Source: Acidobacteriota bacterium
Lineage (GTDB): Bacteria > Acidobacteriota > UBA6911 > JACQSX01
DNA: 57,096 nt
NCBI GenBank assembly: GCA_036507075.1
Contig: DASXQR010000132.1
Span: 1 to 57,096, forward strand
Reading direction: 5' to 3'
Part shown: positions 1 to 9,412 of the stretch, in pieces
How the letters are laid out: the number at the start of each line of letters is the position of its first letter
Numbering within the stretch: the stretch's first letter is position 1
The notes under the pieces: generated by a model
Told to the model about the DNA's origin: nothing
The model's database searches: none
Seen by the model: the letters and a program-made list of their open reading frames with translations, nothing else
Program-made: the position numbers and the translations under genes

Positions 1-860
1 GGCTCCGTTTCCTTGATCAGATCGGCCGACTGGTCGAGGAAGGCTGTCTAATCGTGTACGCATTTTGTTTAATGTTCAATCACTTCCACCTCCTGTGCGA
101 AACACCTTTGAGCGAACTCGGTCGTTGGATGCAAGAATTGCTGGGCGGCTATGCATCCCAATTTAATCTGCGGCATGACCGAGTGGGCCACCTCTGGCAG
201 GCCAGGTACAAGGCAGTGCTCGTCGAAGATGGCGAGTATTTCCTTGATTGTTCGCGATACATCCATCTCAATCCAAAGCGAGCCGGAATGGTCGATTCTC
301 CTGACCAGTATTATTGGTCGAGCTATTGCAATTACGTCGGCGGGATGCGCTCAGTCGATTGGGTAAGCACCGGTCGTGTTTTGCGACATTTTTCCGGATC
401 AGAAGCGTACAGATCTTTCGTTGATGCCGCAGAACAGGAAACAGCGGCGGCACCGTTCGAACGAGCCACGGCGGGGCTCATCCTAGGGAGCGAAGCCTAC
501 GTCGACAAGGTACGGCAGATGATCGTGATGGCAGCAGATAATCCTGACATCCCAACGATAAGGAAATTGCGTTTCCTGCCATCTCCGTTTTCGCCGTCCG
601 AAATTCGAACCGCTGTCGACATTGTCTTTCGCACTTATTCTGCAACTCAAAGGATGCGGATGCTGATCTATGCGCTACGTCGGCATACTCGACTGACAGG
701 CAAAAGCATCTCAGAAATTACGGGAAAGCGACAAAGCACGGTGAGCCAGGCGGTCAAGGAACTCGAAGAGAGGATACTCAGTAGCCCCGAGTTTGCGGCC
801 GATATCGATCGTCTCGAAGCGGCGCTGCAAAGCAGTCTACTTGACTGCGCTAAAAAATGA
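1..860 (+). CDS. REP-associated tyrosine transposase (RAYT / Y1 HUH) with C-terminal helix-turn-helix; 5'-truncated by window edge
   Basis: YAFCLMFNHFHLL HUH motif, GHLWQARYKA, RYIHLNPKRAG and YYWSSY are typical RAYT motifs. The frame stays open back to base 3. The C-terminus (SISEITGKRQSTVSQAV) is HTH-like. Confidence 0.88.
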   Translation, partial: LRFLDQIGRLVEEGCLIVYAFCLMFNHFHLLCETPLSELGRWMQELLGGYASQFNLRHDRVGHLWQARYKAVLVEDGEYFLDCSRYIHLNPKRAGMVDSPDQYYWSSYCNYVGGMRSVDWVSTGRVLRHFSGSEAYRSFVDAAEQETAAAPFERATAGLILGSEAYVDKVRQMIVMAADNPDIPTIRKLRFLPSPFSPSEIRTAVDIVFRTYSATQRMRMLIYALRRHTRLTGKSISEITGKRQSTVSQAVKELEERILSSPEFAADIDRLEAALQSSLLDCAKK

Positions 861-903
861 ATTCTGAAGACCTGACCCCATCCACCCCATCCACCGGAGA
901 GCA

Positions 904-1359
904 CTACTCAGGAATCACAGCGATCGCTTCAATTTCGAGAAGCAGACCAGACCCGAGGCCTGCCTGGACCAGAGTCGAGGCGGGAGGCGCGGTCATGTTC
1001 AGGTAATCGGCCCGGATTCTTCGCAGCTCCGACGTATTACTAATGTCGGTAACGTAGTAGTTGATTTTTACTATGTCCTGAAAAGTTGCTCCTGCAAGCG
1101 ACAGGCAGCGGGCCAGGTTGTCAAACGTGTTCTTCGCCTGAGCTGCAAAATCCGGCGGAAGCTTGCCGTCGCGGCCGGCGCCTCCCTGTCCCGAAATGAA
1201 AATCAGCCTCCCGGATCGCGATGTCACCACGTGCGTGTAACCCGGTGGCTGGCTTCCATCCCGATTCAAAAACTGTTTGGCCGGCCTGCCAGATTGCATC
1301 TGGCTCCAGAGGAAAGGGGAGAGCAGCAGGAACGCTGCAATGTACAGACGATATTTCAT
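904..1359 (-). CDS. RidA/YjgF family protein with N-terminal signal peptide
   Basis: IFISGQ, AQAKNTFDNL, PPASTLV and LLEIEAIA motifs; hydrophobic N-terminus. Confidence 0.85.
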   Translation of the reverse strand: MKYRLYIAAFLLLSPFLWSQMQSGRPAKQFLNRDGSQPPGYTHVVTSRSGRLIFISGQGGAGRDGKLPPDFAAQAKNTFDNLARCLSLAGATFQDIVKINYYVTDISNTSELRRIRADYLNMTAPPASTLVQAGLGSGLLLEIEAIAVIPE

Positions 1360-1417
1360 GCATCCTCCAACGAAGTATTCCTGTTTGGCACTTGTTTTCT
1401 GCGCAGTGAAGCCTGAC

Positions 1418-1508
1418 CTGGTACTTAGTTACAAAAATTCGAGTTAGAACTTTTCACCACCAAGGCACAAAGAGCACAAAGCAAGACGTGGGGCATGCAG
1501 AGGCCGGT
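1418..1508. repeat. MITE/REP-like element: terminal CTGGTACTTAGTTACAAAAATTCG, CACAAAG-type repeats, and one arm of the 21.3-kb hairpin
   Basis: Matches the reverse complement of 14810-14852 and the arm at about 21320-21374 (AAGACGTGGGGCAnGCAGAGGCCGGT). Confidence 0.7.
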
Positions 1509-1512
1509 GGCT

Positions 1513-2580
1513 TCAGTAAGCTTTACGACGCAAAGCCTCTCTGCGTTCAAGCCGTTCTTTTAATACGGGAAGAATCTTCACCGCCTCTTCCTTGAGACGG
1601 CGCTCTACCACTGTTCGCTTCAGCCACCCCAGCCAGCCGCCAAGCAGATCGACTTCGGACCGATTTACATACGCCAGATAATTGTGCGAGCCGGCGGACC
1701 CTCGCAACACCATCGTCAGGTTGAGGGATCCATTCGTATAATGAGTGGAGAATATCTGCTTGCCGGCTACCACAGCTTCAGGCAAATTTCCGCCAGCCTC
1801 AGGTTTGATCATGCTCACCTGTGTTGCAATGATGACCGGCTTTTGACCATAGAGTTCCTTTGACCAGTAGAGAAACGACTCCATGTCGGGCAACCGAACT
1901 CGGGGGTAGTTTTCCAGGTATTGCACAAGCCGCGGCAAATTTTTGAGAAGATACGGCGAGTGCCGAATTATTCGCGTAAAGCTCGCCTCGACGTTCACCG
2001 CCTGCTTTTGATCCTGATAGTCGGGAATGCCCTGGTGTCCGCGGTCCAGATAAGCTTTAGCACGATCCAGCACAATGTGCCGAAATGCATTCTGCAGCGC
2101 CGGCGCATCTCGCGGACCCCCGATTGCTGCCTTCCGCAGACGCTCCATCTCCCCGGCGCCAAGCTTCAGATTGCAGTCGCCGATCTTGCAGGCGCCGATA
2201 CCTTCCAGATCCGCGTCGCCCAAGGCAAGGCTGTCGAGGTCATGAATGTTGGGCGTATCTGAGAAGCGGCGGATTGCCAGTACCAGAGGACCGCGTTTGA
2301 AATCTGCTATCTCACGTACATTTTCAATGAGAGTGACGCCGGCTGCCTTCACCCTCACGATTGCAAGAATCGCGAGTTCCTTGTCCGAACCTGGGAGCAC
2401 GCGCACCAAGACCTCGCCGCGATCCAAAGCCTGGCGTTCTGCGGCTGTCACCACCACGGCAGGGTAGAAAAAAGAAAACGTTTCGTCGGAAGCCCCGGCT
2501 GCGCGCAACGGGCAGATAAGAATACATTCAACCAACAGGAGCAGTATCACACGCGCGCGGATGCTTCGGCCGGGCTTCAT
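1513..2580 (-). CDS. Secreted hypothetical protein
   Basis: Long ORF with signal-peptide-like N-terminus. Start moved to ATG 2580 because the longer start lies in a repeat. Confidence 0.7.
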   Translation of the reverse strand: MKPGRSIRARVILLLLVECILICPLRAAGASDETFSFFYPAVVVTAAERQALDRGEVLVRVLPGSDKELAILAIVRVKAAGVTLIENVREIADFKRGPLVLAIRRFSDTPNIHDLDSLALGDADLEGIGACKIGDCNLKLGAGEMERLRKAAIGGPRDAPALQNAFRHIVLDRAKAYLDRGHQGIPDYQDQKQAVNVEASFTRIIRHSPYLLKNLPRLVQYLENYPRVRLPDMESFLYWSKELYGQKPVIIATQVSMIKPEAGGNLPEAVVAGKQIFSTHYTNGSLNLTMVLRGSAGSHNYLAYVNRSEVDLLGGWLGWLKRTVVERRLKEEAVKILPVLKERLERREALRRKAY

Positions 2581-2598
2581 GGTGAACAGGAATGTTTG

Positions 2599-2625
2599 CA
2601 CCACAAAGGCACAAAGGGCACAAAG
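2599..2625. repeat. CACCACAAAGGCACAAAG-family repeat (single arm)
   Basis: Same motif as at 1455, 5835, 14763, 16399, 21322 and 23739. Confidence 0.7.
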
Positions 2626-2644
2626 TCAGGCCTGGCGGCGACAT

Positions 2645-5600
2645 TCATCTCTGGGCTTCAAGAAAAGCGATCAGGTCGGCCAGCTCCGGGCGCGTGAGCG
2701 ATTGATCCAGGCCTTCAGGCATGAGCGAAACGTTGGACGGCTGCATCGAACGGATCTTATCCCGAGGGATCCGCAGCTTTGAATCCGGGCCCGTAACAAG
2801 CACGATGGAATCTGCGGTTTGTTCCGCTCGAATGCCCGAATAGACCTCGTCGCGGGTCTCCACTCGATATGTTTCATGCTCGCGCACAAAACTGGCGCTG
2901 GGAAAGATGATCGCTTCCAGCAAATCGTGCCGCGAGCGGATCGCGCCAACCGAGGTCAGATCCGGTCCCACCTGCCCACCCTGGGCTCCGATGGTGTGGC
3001 AGCTCGAACAGGCCACCTTCTGTCCGAAAAAGATCTTCAGGCCGCGCGCGACATCTCCGCCACTCAACCTGGATTCGAGCTGCTGCAGGCGCTGGACGCG
3101 CGCCTGGCGCACTCTTTGAAAGCGATCCAGCAGCGGTTTGGCAGATTTCTGTATCGCGTCGGGATAGCCGGCAAACAACTGCTGGAGCTGTTTTTCGCCG
3201 AACGCTTCCAGCCCTTGTGACGATTTCAGCAGCCCGGCCACCAGCACTTCGCCTACTTCCCGGCTGCTGGCGCCGCGGAAGGCATCCAGCAGGCCGGGCA
3301 GGATGAGAGGATCGGCCTCGGGGATATACTGCCGCGCGATTACCATTAAATCCGGCTCGGTCAATCGCGCGCGTCCGAGAACCTGAGATGCGGCAAGTCG
3401 CAGGGCAGCCTCCTTGTCCTTTGCAAGCTGCCGGAGGAGGAAATTGAAGTGTACAGAAGAAAGCTGGGGGCGCGAGGTAACCAGCGCTCCAATGGCGGCC
3501 GTTCGAAGATCAGCCGTCTCAGCGTCATTGCTTGCAATACGCGTCAATTCATCCGCCCATTCGGTGATCTGGTGTGAACGGATCAAGGCCAAGGCGCGCG
3601 AACGCGCCTTTATGTCGGTATCCTTCAATATCCCCCCGATGCTTTGAATCCAAAGCGTGGGAAGCTGCTTTAAGGGGCAGCGGTCCATCGTATCCAGCAG
3701 AAGTATCTTTCGCTCCGTTGGGGCTGCCGGATCACCGAGTAATTCCGCTATCATCTGTTGCACGCCAGAATCCCGGCAGAATGAAACCAGGGCTTCCCCC
3801 AGAGCTTCGGATTCGTCCGCAGATAATTTCGGATCACGCAAGCGCGAACGTAAAAACGCAAGCACGTTGCCGGACCACTGTGGATGGCGCGAAGCTATCC
3901 AGAGTGCCGCATGACGCAAATCCCTGTTCGCACTACCCAGCAAAGCAGTAAGCTGTTCGGCTTTGAGCGGACTGTTTTCCATCTGATCCAGTGCGATAAC
4001 CGCTGCTTTGCGCACTTTCGGTGAAGGATTTTTCAAGGCGGCAATGAGTGGGGCGGGTTGCTGCAGGCTCATGAGCGAGAAAATGATCGAGTGCTCCACA
4101 AATCGATCGTCGGGGTTGGCTGAAGCAGCTATCAACGCCGGAACGGCATGGTCATCCTCGATTTGCCCAAGGGCAGCGGCAGCCTGCCGCCGCACGGGCG
4201 CCTGGTCATTCCTGACCATCTCGATCAGACGACCGACGGCTTCACCATCGCGCGCCATCCCCATCGCCCGAGCCGCCGCCACCCGAACCTGAAGGGATGT
4301 ATCCTTCAACGCGGCCCGCAAAACTTGCCCGGCTTTCGGTGTGCCGATTCTAAATAGAGCAAATAACGCCGCACATCGGACTTCTGCCGGCGCCGAACTA
4401 TGCAGCATTTCAGCGAGAGGAAGGACGGCTCTTTCACCTGCCTGAACCAGCAGCTCGACAGCTTTGTCTTGAACTGCCGGCCTTGAGTCTTTGAGATGGG
4501 AACACAATTGCGCCGGGGCGCGTGTTTCCAGCTTCAGAGCATTTCCCCGAGGGTCATTGATCCGCGGTGAATCTTTCCTGCGGACGCGATAAATCGCTCC
4601 CCGAACCTCCGGTCTCTCCACAATCGACAAAGGACAACCTTTGATAAACCACCCCCCTGTGTCTACCACCAGCAGGCTGCCGTCGGCATCTTCGATTACG
4701 TCGGTGGGATGGAAATAAGGATCGTCGGACGTCAAGAAGTCTTCATCCTCGGTTCGAAAGGTAGCTGCGTCGCGAAACAGCTTGTGTCGCTGCACCCGAT
4801 GCGGATTGAACTGCGCGCTGAATAAGTTGCCCCGGTATTCGGGGCCGAAAGCGGTGCCCCGGTATCGGGCCAGGCCGGAAGGCGCAATCCGCGCAAACTT
4901 TGTCATCACTGGCATCAAATCGCCGGTGCGCTTTAACTCTTCGATTACGGGATGCGGCTTGGGGTAGACGCCTCCTTCCACCCAGTGAATCAGAGCATCA
5001 CGCTGGCCCTGTTTCGGATCGCTGAAGTACGTCATCGTGCCGATCATTTCTCCGGCAGGCGTAAAGATCAGCTCAACAGGATTATCGAATCCGCCGGCAC
5101 TGATCCATTCCAGTCCCGACCCGTCGGGCCGGCAGCGCCAGATCCGCGCGCCTTTTCCTTCCAGGGTGGCGCCCTCTTTGGTCTTGATCTTGTACCCGCG
5201 TCGCGCGTCGGTCAGGTAGAGCCAACCATCCGGACCAAAGAAGGGCCCGTGCAAAAGGGCCCCGTTTACACTCAAAGTCCACCCGGTCAAAACAATCTCG
5301 CGGCGGTCAGCGACGCCATCGTCATTGGTATCATCGAAGCGGAGCAGATCCGGTGACGCCGTAACATAAAGACTCCCCCGATACCAGACCGCTCCCTGGG
5401 GAAGCGGAATTCGATCCGCAAAGAGTTTTCCGCTGTCGTACACCCCATCCCCGTTTGTGTCTTCCAGGACACGAATCACATAGCTGGGGTTTTTCAGCAT
5501 GTCTTCAGTAGTCATCGTGTTGGGGCTGGTCGACTGGCACAGGAAGAGGCGGCCGCGGTCATCTAGGCTGGCAAACATGACGTAGGGCGCCAGATCTGGC

Positions 5601-5773
5601 CCGGCCGCTTGTTCTACGGTGAAGCCTTTCGGGACGTGAATTGCGGCCAGCCCCGTCAAGGCGCGCGGTTGTCGGGTCATCCCGGCCTGCTGGGACAAAG
5701 CCGCCATAACCAGCAGGCCGAGGGCGGCTAGGAATGCAAGGATCTTCAGGAAGTTTTTGTTGTGGGATGACAC
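2645..5773 (-). CDS. PVC-type heme-binding CxxCH protein (beta-propeller, HEAT repeats, cytochrome c domain)
   Basis: LEDTNGDGVYD, FGPDGWLY and FHPTDVIEDADGSLLVVD propeller motifs; HEAT repeats; CSSCH...VGPDLT...SLMPEGL at the C-terminus. Confidence 0.88.
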   Translation of the reverse strand: MSSHNKNFLKILAFLAALGLLVMAALSQQAGMTRQPRALTGLAAIHVPKGFTVEQAAGPDLAPYVMFASLDDRGRLFLCQSTSPNTMTTEDMLKNPSYVIRVLEDTNGDGVYDSGKLFADRIPLPQGAVWYRGSLYVTASPDLLRFDDTNDDGVADRREIVLTGWTLSVNGALLHGPFFGPDGWLYLTDARRGYKIKTKEGATLEGKGARIWRCRPDGSGLEWISAGGFDNPVELIFTPAGEMIGTMTYFSDPKQGQRDALIHWVEGGVYPKPHPVIEELKRTGDLMPVMTKFARIAPSGLARYRGTAFGPEYRGNLFSAQFNPHRVQRHKLFRDAATFRTEDEDFLTSDDPYFHPTDVIEDADGSLLVVDTGGWFIKGCPLSIVERPEVRGAIYRVRRKDSPRINDPRGNALKLETRAPAQLCSHLKDSRPAVQDKAVELLVQAGERAVLPLAEMLHSSAPAEVRCAALFALFRIGTPKAGQVLRAALKDTSLQVRVAAARAMGMARDGEAVGRLIEMVRNDQAPVRRQAAAALGQIEDDHAVPALIAASANPDDRFVEHSIIFSLMSLQQPAPLIAALKNPSPKVRKAAVIALDQMENSPLKAEQLTALLGSANRDLRHAALWIASRHPQWSGNVLAFLRSRLRDPKLSADESEALGEALVSFCRDSGVQQMIAELLGDPAAPTERKILLLDTMDRCPLKQLPTLWIQSIGGILKDTDIKARSRALALIRSHQITEWADELTRIASNDAETADLRTAAIGALVTSRPQLSSVHFNFLLRQLAKDKEAALRLAASQVLGRARLTEPDLMVIARQYIPEADPLILPGLLDAFRGASSREVGEVLVAGLLKSSQGLEAFGEKQLQQLFAGYPDAIQKSAKPLLDRFQRVRQARVQRLQQLESRLSGGDVARGLKIFFGQKVACSSCHTIGAQGGQVGPDLTSVGAIRSRHDLLEAIIFPSASFVREHETYRVETRDEVYSGIRAEQTADSIVLVTGPDSKLRIPRDKIRSMQPSNVSLMPEGLDQSLTRPELADLIAFLEAQR

Positions 5774-5799
5774 GAGATTCTCCGCGGCGAGAAACAGGC

Positions 5800-5859
5800 C
5801 TTCGTGCCTTGGTGCCTTGGTGGTTAAAAAATCTCACCACCAAGGCACAAAGGCACCAA
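5800..5859. repeat. Inverted pair of CACCACCAAGGCAC-family repeats
   Basis: CTTCGTGCCTTGGTGCCTTGGTGG ... CCACCAAGGCACAAAGGCAC. Confidence 0.7.
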
Positions 5860-5873
5860 TAACTAAAAGAGCT

Positions 5874-8800
5874 TCACCACTCAAAACGCAACTGCATCTG
5901 CATGCGCCGGCTGTTGGTCTTTTCCGGGTTCCATTCCGGCACCGCCACAAGTTGTCCCGCATCCGGCGATGTGATGTCGTTCACCGGAGGCACAAAATGG
6001 GGATGGTTGAAGATGTTGGAGATTCCCGCGTTGTATGTCAGCGAGTAGCGCTCCCGTATCTGGAAGGTCTTTACCAGCGCCAGGTGGTGAACATTCAAGC
6101 CGGGCCCCTGGAGCACATTGACCCCGCTGTTTCCAAATCTTCCCTTGGGCGGCTCCTTGAACGCTGCTTTATCAAACCACCGATCCACACCGCGCTGGCC
6201 GCGGGACAAATTGCCGTCACCGACCTGGTCCGGAAGGCCGCCGAAGGTGTTTGTATTGGAGGGATCCGAACCGGAAAACGCGGGCGAAAAGTAGGCGCCG
6301 GTCGCGAAAAAGCTCATCGTCTGAAGCTTCCACCCTCCCAGGATTTGATCGACGATGCCGGGCGCGTCAGACAGATAACGCCGGCCCCGGCCGAACGGAA
6401 GCTCGATGATGGACGTGACAACGGCGCGCTGTCGCTGTGTGAAGTCGTCGCGATTCCAGTTGTTTGTGACGTCATACGGGTTTTCGGTATTTAAGAAGTT
6501 GTGCAGGTTGCAAGCCAGAGTGTAATTTGCGTTGAACGTGATCAGACCCATTCTGCGCTTTGCTTCCAGTTGCAGCGCGTCGTATTTGGATTCGCCGTCT
6601 TCCCGGATAAATGTCGCGCCCACAAATTGTGGAAAAGGCCGCCGGTCCTGGGTGAAAGGCGTCAAACTGGGTCGCGGTTTGTTCAGATTGAGCGAATAGT
6701 TCAAGCCGCGGCTGCGCGAGCCGACATAAGAGACGCGAAATCCCAGGTCAGCAACCTCTTTCTCCACGCTCAGATTGAACTGATGGATGACTCCGTTCCT
6801 GGTCTTGATCGGATAACCGGAGACACTCTGTGAAGGAATCGCCGCCAGAGCGAGGTTGGCCGGAAACGGTTCCGGGAATGCAAACAGCGGACTCCCGCCT
6901 TCGATCCGGTTTGTGTAGCTCTCGCTGATCTGGAACGGTCCCCCGCCTTGGAGCCGGCTGAAGGGATCCAGCCGCTCCGTGTAGAGGCCGTAGCCGCCGC
7001 GGATCACCAGATCCTCGCGCAGGCGGTAAGCGAAACCAAATCGTGGACGAAAATCGTTCTTTGCCTCCTCGGGCACAACGTTGCCGGGCACGATCTTGAT
7101 GGTTTTGGGGAAAAGAGGACTGACGCGCGAGAGCGCGGCCTGGGGCACAATTACGTTTCCTGTCTGTGGATCCCAGTTGAGCTGCAGGCCGTCATCGAAA
7201 GTCGGCGAAATGAAGTAGTCCCACCGCAGACCATAGTCGATGTTCAATCTCTGGCTTACCTTGAACGTGTCCATCGCATACAGAGCCAGCTCGCCCGCCC
7301 TGCGCCAGCGGTCCAGGAGAGGATCCAGCCGCACGCTGGTGCGCGGGATGCCCAGCAGGAAATCGGCATAGCCGATTCCTGTAAAGGATCCGTTAAAGCT
7401 AAAACGGCCGTACGTGCCTTCCTCAATCACGGATCTGAAGCTGTTGAACTTGTTGTACTGCACGCCGAACTTCCAAACGTGGCGATCCTTCGACCAGGTG
7501 AGCGAGTCTTCATACGAAAAATCATACTCGTCATTGACCGTTCCGCCTGGTATTGCACGCAGGCTCGTCAGGCTGGTCACTCCGGAGAAATCCATCCTCG
7601 GGAATCCCATCGCGCTCAGGCCCTTCGGATTGACTCCCTTCAAGCCGATTTTGGAAACCGCTTCGTCTCCTTTTGGCGGCGTGAAATTGTCCACGGTGAT
7701 TCCGTCGCGCACCTTGTTGCCATTGAATCCGAAACGGAACGTGTTCACGATGACGGGCGAGAACACATGCGTATCCGACAGCACGCCTTTATCGTGATAT
7801 CGCGTCCTGGTACGCGCGAAAGCAGGCAGCAGATTGGCCAGAACATACGGAGACCAGTAATATTGATATCTGAAGAACAACGAGTTGCTCTTGGTCAGGT
7901 TGTGATCCACCCGAAACAACGGATAGTCAGCCAGAAAGTAGTCATCGGGGTACGGGAAATTGAACCCGAAATTGTTGCTGAACTTGTCCGGCCCTCCCAG
8001 ATTGGGCGTGGGAAAGTAAATCTCCTGAACCTTGCGGGACGTCTCGTTCTGACGATTCGCCGGAATGATATTGTTGGGAAAGGCTTGTCCGGTCAGCGGA
8101 TCGACAATCGTTCTGGAGAATTGCGAGAAATCTCCCTGCCGCATTTTCAGCGTCGGCACGCTGGCCAGAATGAAAGAACCGGCAGGCACACGGATGTGCG
8201 TCCAACCTATATAGAAGAAAGTCTTGTCCTTGATAATTGGCCCGCCCGCGTCCGCGTAAAAATCATGAAATTTGTAGTGTGTTTTCTCCGGATCAAAGAA
8301 GCTCTTCGCTCCCAGAGCGGAGTTCGTATGCTTGTAATATGCCATGCCATGCCAGGCATTGGTGCCGTGTTTGGAGGTGGCATTAAAACTGGCGGCACGG
8401 GACTGATCGGCCGTGTTGTTGACCGTGACGACCTTGACCTCATCGTAGGTGTAAATATTCACCGACTGATTCCCGGAGCGGTCATTCTGGACTCCGTCAT
8501 CCTGCGCCGATATTTGGGTGCTCCTCTGGCCTGAGATCGTGACATTCCACCCGGCTCCCTGCACCCCTGGCAATGTGGTGAGCAGCCCAAGGGGGCCAGG
8601 GTAGGGCGATTCGGTGTCCACCTGCGGCACATCTTTGAACTGGTCGGCGGTAATGGCTCCCGCGATTGTGCCGCCTTCGGTGCTGATGAGCGCTGCGCCC
8701 GCCTCTACGGTAACGTGCTCGGTAGCCTCGCCCACCTGCATCACCGCGTCGATGCGCCGCGCCTGCCCGCTTTCCAGCGCGATGTTATCAGCCACAAATG

Positions 8801-9107
8801 TTTTGAAGCCGGGCATCTCAACGGCCAAACGGTAGGTTCCGGGCTTTAAATCAGAGATCTCGAAATTCCCGTTGTCGTCTGTAATAACCATTCTTGCCCG
8901 CACGTTGGTCATCATGTCCGTGACCATCACCTCCACGCCGGGCACCACCGCTTTGGATTGATCCGTGACAGTCCCGCGAATCGTTGATAGCGCAGATTGG
9001 GCCATCAGCGGCCCGCCGGCGCATAAGACGAGAACCATTATTCTCAGGAAAAATCGGACGGACGCGCTGTCCGCACTGCTCGAACAAGGACTGAAGGCTT
9101 GCCGCAT
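5874..9107 (-). CDS. TonB-dependent receptor (Oar-like, carboxypeptidase-regulatory N-terminal domain)
   Basis: TIRGTVTDQSKAVVPG, GLRWDY and RFGFAY motifs; C-terminal MQMQLRFEW; GGAGG ribosome-binding site. Confidence 0.92.
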   Translation of the reverse strand: MRQAFSPCSSSADSASVRFFLRIMVLVLCAGGPLMAQSALSTIRGTVTDQSKAVVPGVEVMVTDMMTNVRARMVITDDNGNFEISDLKPGTYRLAVEMPGFKTFVADNIALESGQARRIDAVMQVGEATEHVTVEAGAALISTEGGTIAGAITADQFKDVPQVDTESPYPGPLGLLTTLPGVQGAGWNVTISGQRSTQISAQDDGVQNDRSGNQSVNIYTYDEVKVVTVNNTADQSRAASFNATSKHGTNAWHGMAYYKHTNSALGAKSFFDPEKTHYKFHDFYADAGGPIIKDKTFFYIGWTHIRVPAGSFILASVPTLKMRQGDFSQFSRTIVDPLTGQAFPNNIIPANRQNETSRKVQEIYFPTPNLGGPDKFSNNFGFNFPYPDDYFLADYPLFRVDHNLTKSNSLFFRYQYYWSPYVLANLLPAFARTRTRYHDKGVLSDTHVFSPVIVNTFRFGFNGNKVRDGITVDNFTPPKGDEAVSKIGLKGVNPKGLSAMGFPRMDFSGVTSLTSLRAIPGGTVNDEYDFSYEDSLTWSKDRHVWKFGVQYNKFNSFRSVIEEGTYGRFSFNGSFTGIGYADFLLGIPRTSVRLDPLLDRWRRAGELALYAMDTFKVSQRLNIDYGLRWDYFISPTFDDGLQLNWDPQTGNVIVPQAALSRVSPLFPKTIKIVPGNVVPEEAKNDFRPRFGFAYRLREDLVIRGGYGLYTERLDPFSRLQGGGPFQISESYTNRIEGGSPLFAFPEPFPANLALAAIPSQSVSGYPIKTRNGVIHQFNLSVEKEVADLGFRVSYVGSRSRGLNYSLNLNKPRPSLTPFTQDRRPFPQFVGATFIREDGESKYDALQLEAKRRMGLITFNANYTLACNLHNFLNTENPYDVTNNWNRDDFTQRQRAVVTSIIELPFGRGRRYLSDAPGIVDQILGGWKLQTMSFFATGAYFSPAFSGSDPSNTNTFGGLPDQVGDGNLSRGQRGVDRWFDKAAFKEPPKGRFGNSGVNVLQGPGLNVHHLALVKTFQIRERYSLTYNAGISNIFNHPHFVPPVNDITSPDAGQLVAVPEWNPEKTNSRRMQMQLRFEW

Positions 9108-9253
9108 AGGACCCCTCCTTAATTCAGTTCTGTCCTGGTTTGAAGGTTAGATTGTGTATGAAACATAAGACCACTTCGAATACTTTCTGTCAAATAATCT
9201 TTGACGCGAAATTGCGGCTCTGCCGCCGGCCTCTGGCGGCAAGGCTTCGCCTC

Positions 9254-9360
9254 GCGGAGAGACGGCCTGAGGGCCGTCTCATGAGGGCCGTCTCAGGGAA
9301 TGTCGCGGCATCACCCTGCCGTCGACTTTGCCCGAGACGGCCATCGGGCCGTCTCTCCAC
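9254..9360. repeat. REPIN-like pair GGAGAGACGGCC-N-GGCCGTCTC
   Basis: Two palindromes in inverted arrangement; related to 24350-24374 and 45615-45636. Confidence 0.6.
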
Positions 9361-9412
9361 TCAAAAATGTTGCAAAAACTGTATAATCAGGCCATTCCGC
9401 GGAGGTTGTCTT

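Noticed and set aside
6948..8534. Long antisense ORFs (also 29923-31554, 35381-36499, 36959-37996, 40733-41704, 44103-45260)
   Set aside because: Shadow frames opposite well-supported genes in GC-rich DNA, with no recognisable motifs.
9140..9412. Long N-terminal extensions in the ORF track (also 19121, 23805, 28618, 47940, 56934)
   Set aside because: They run through repeats or the tRNA fragment, or precede a better RBS plus signal-peptide start.
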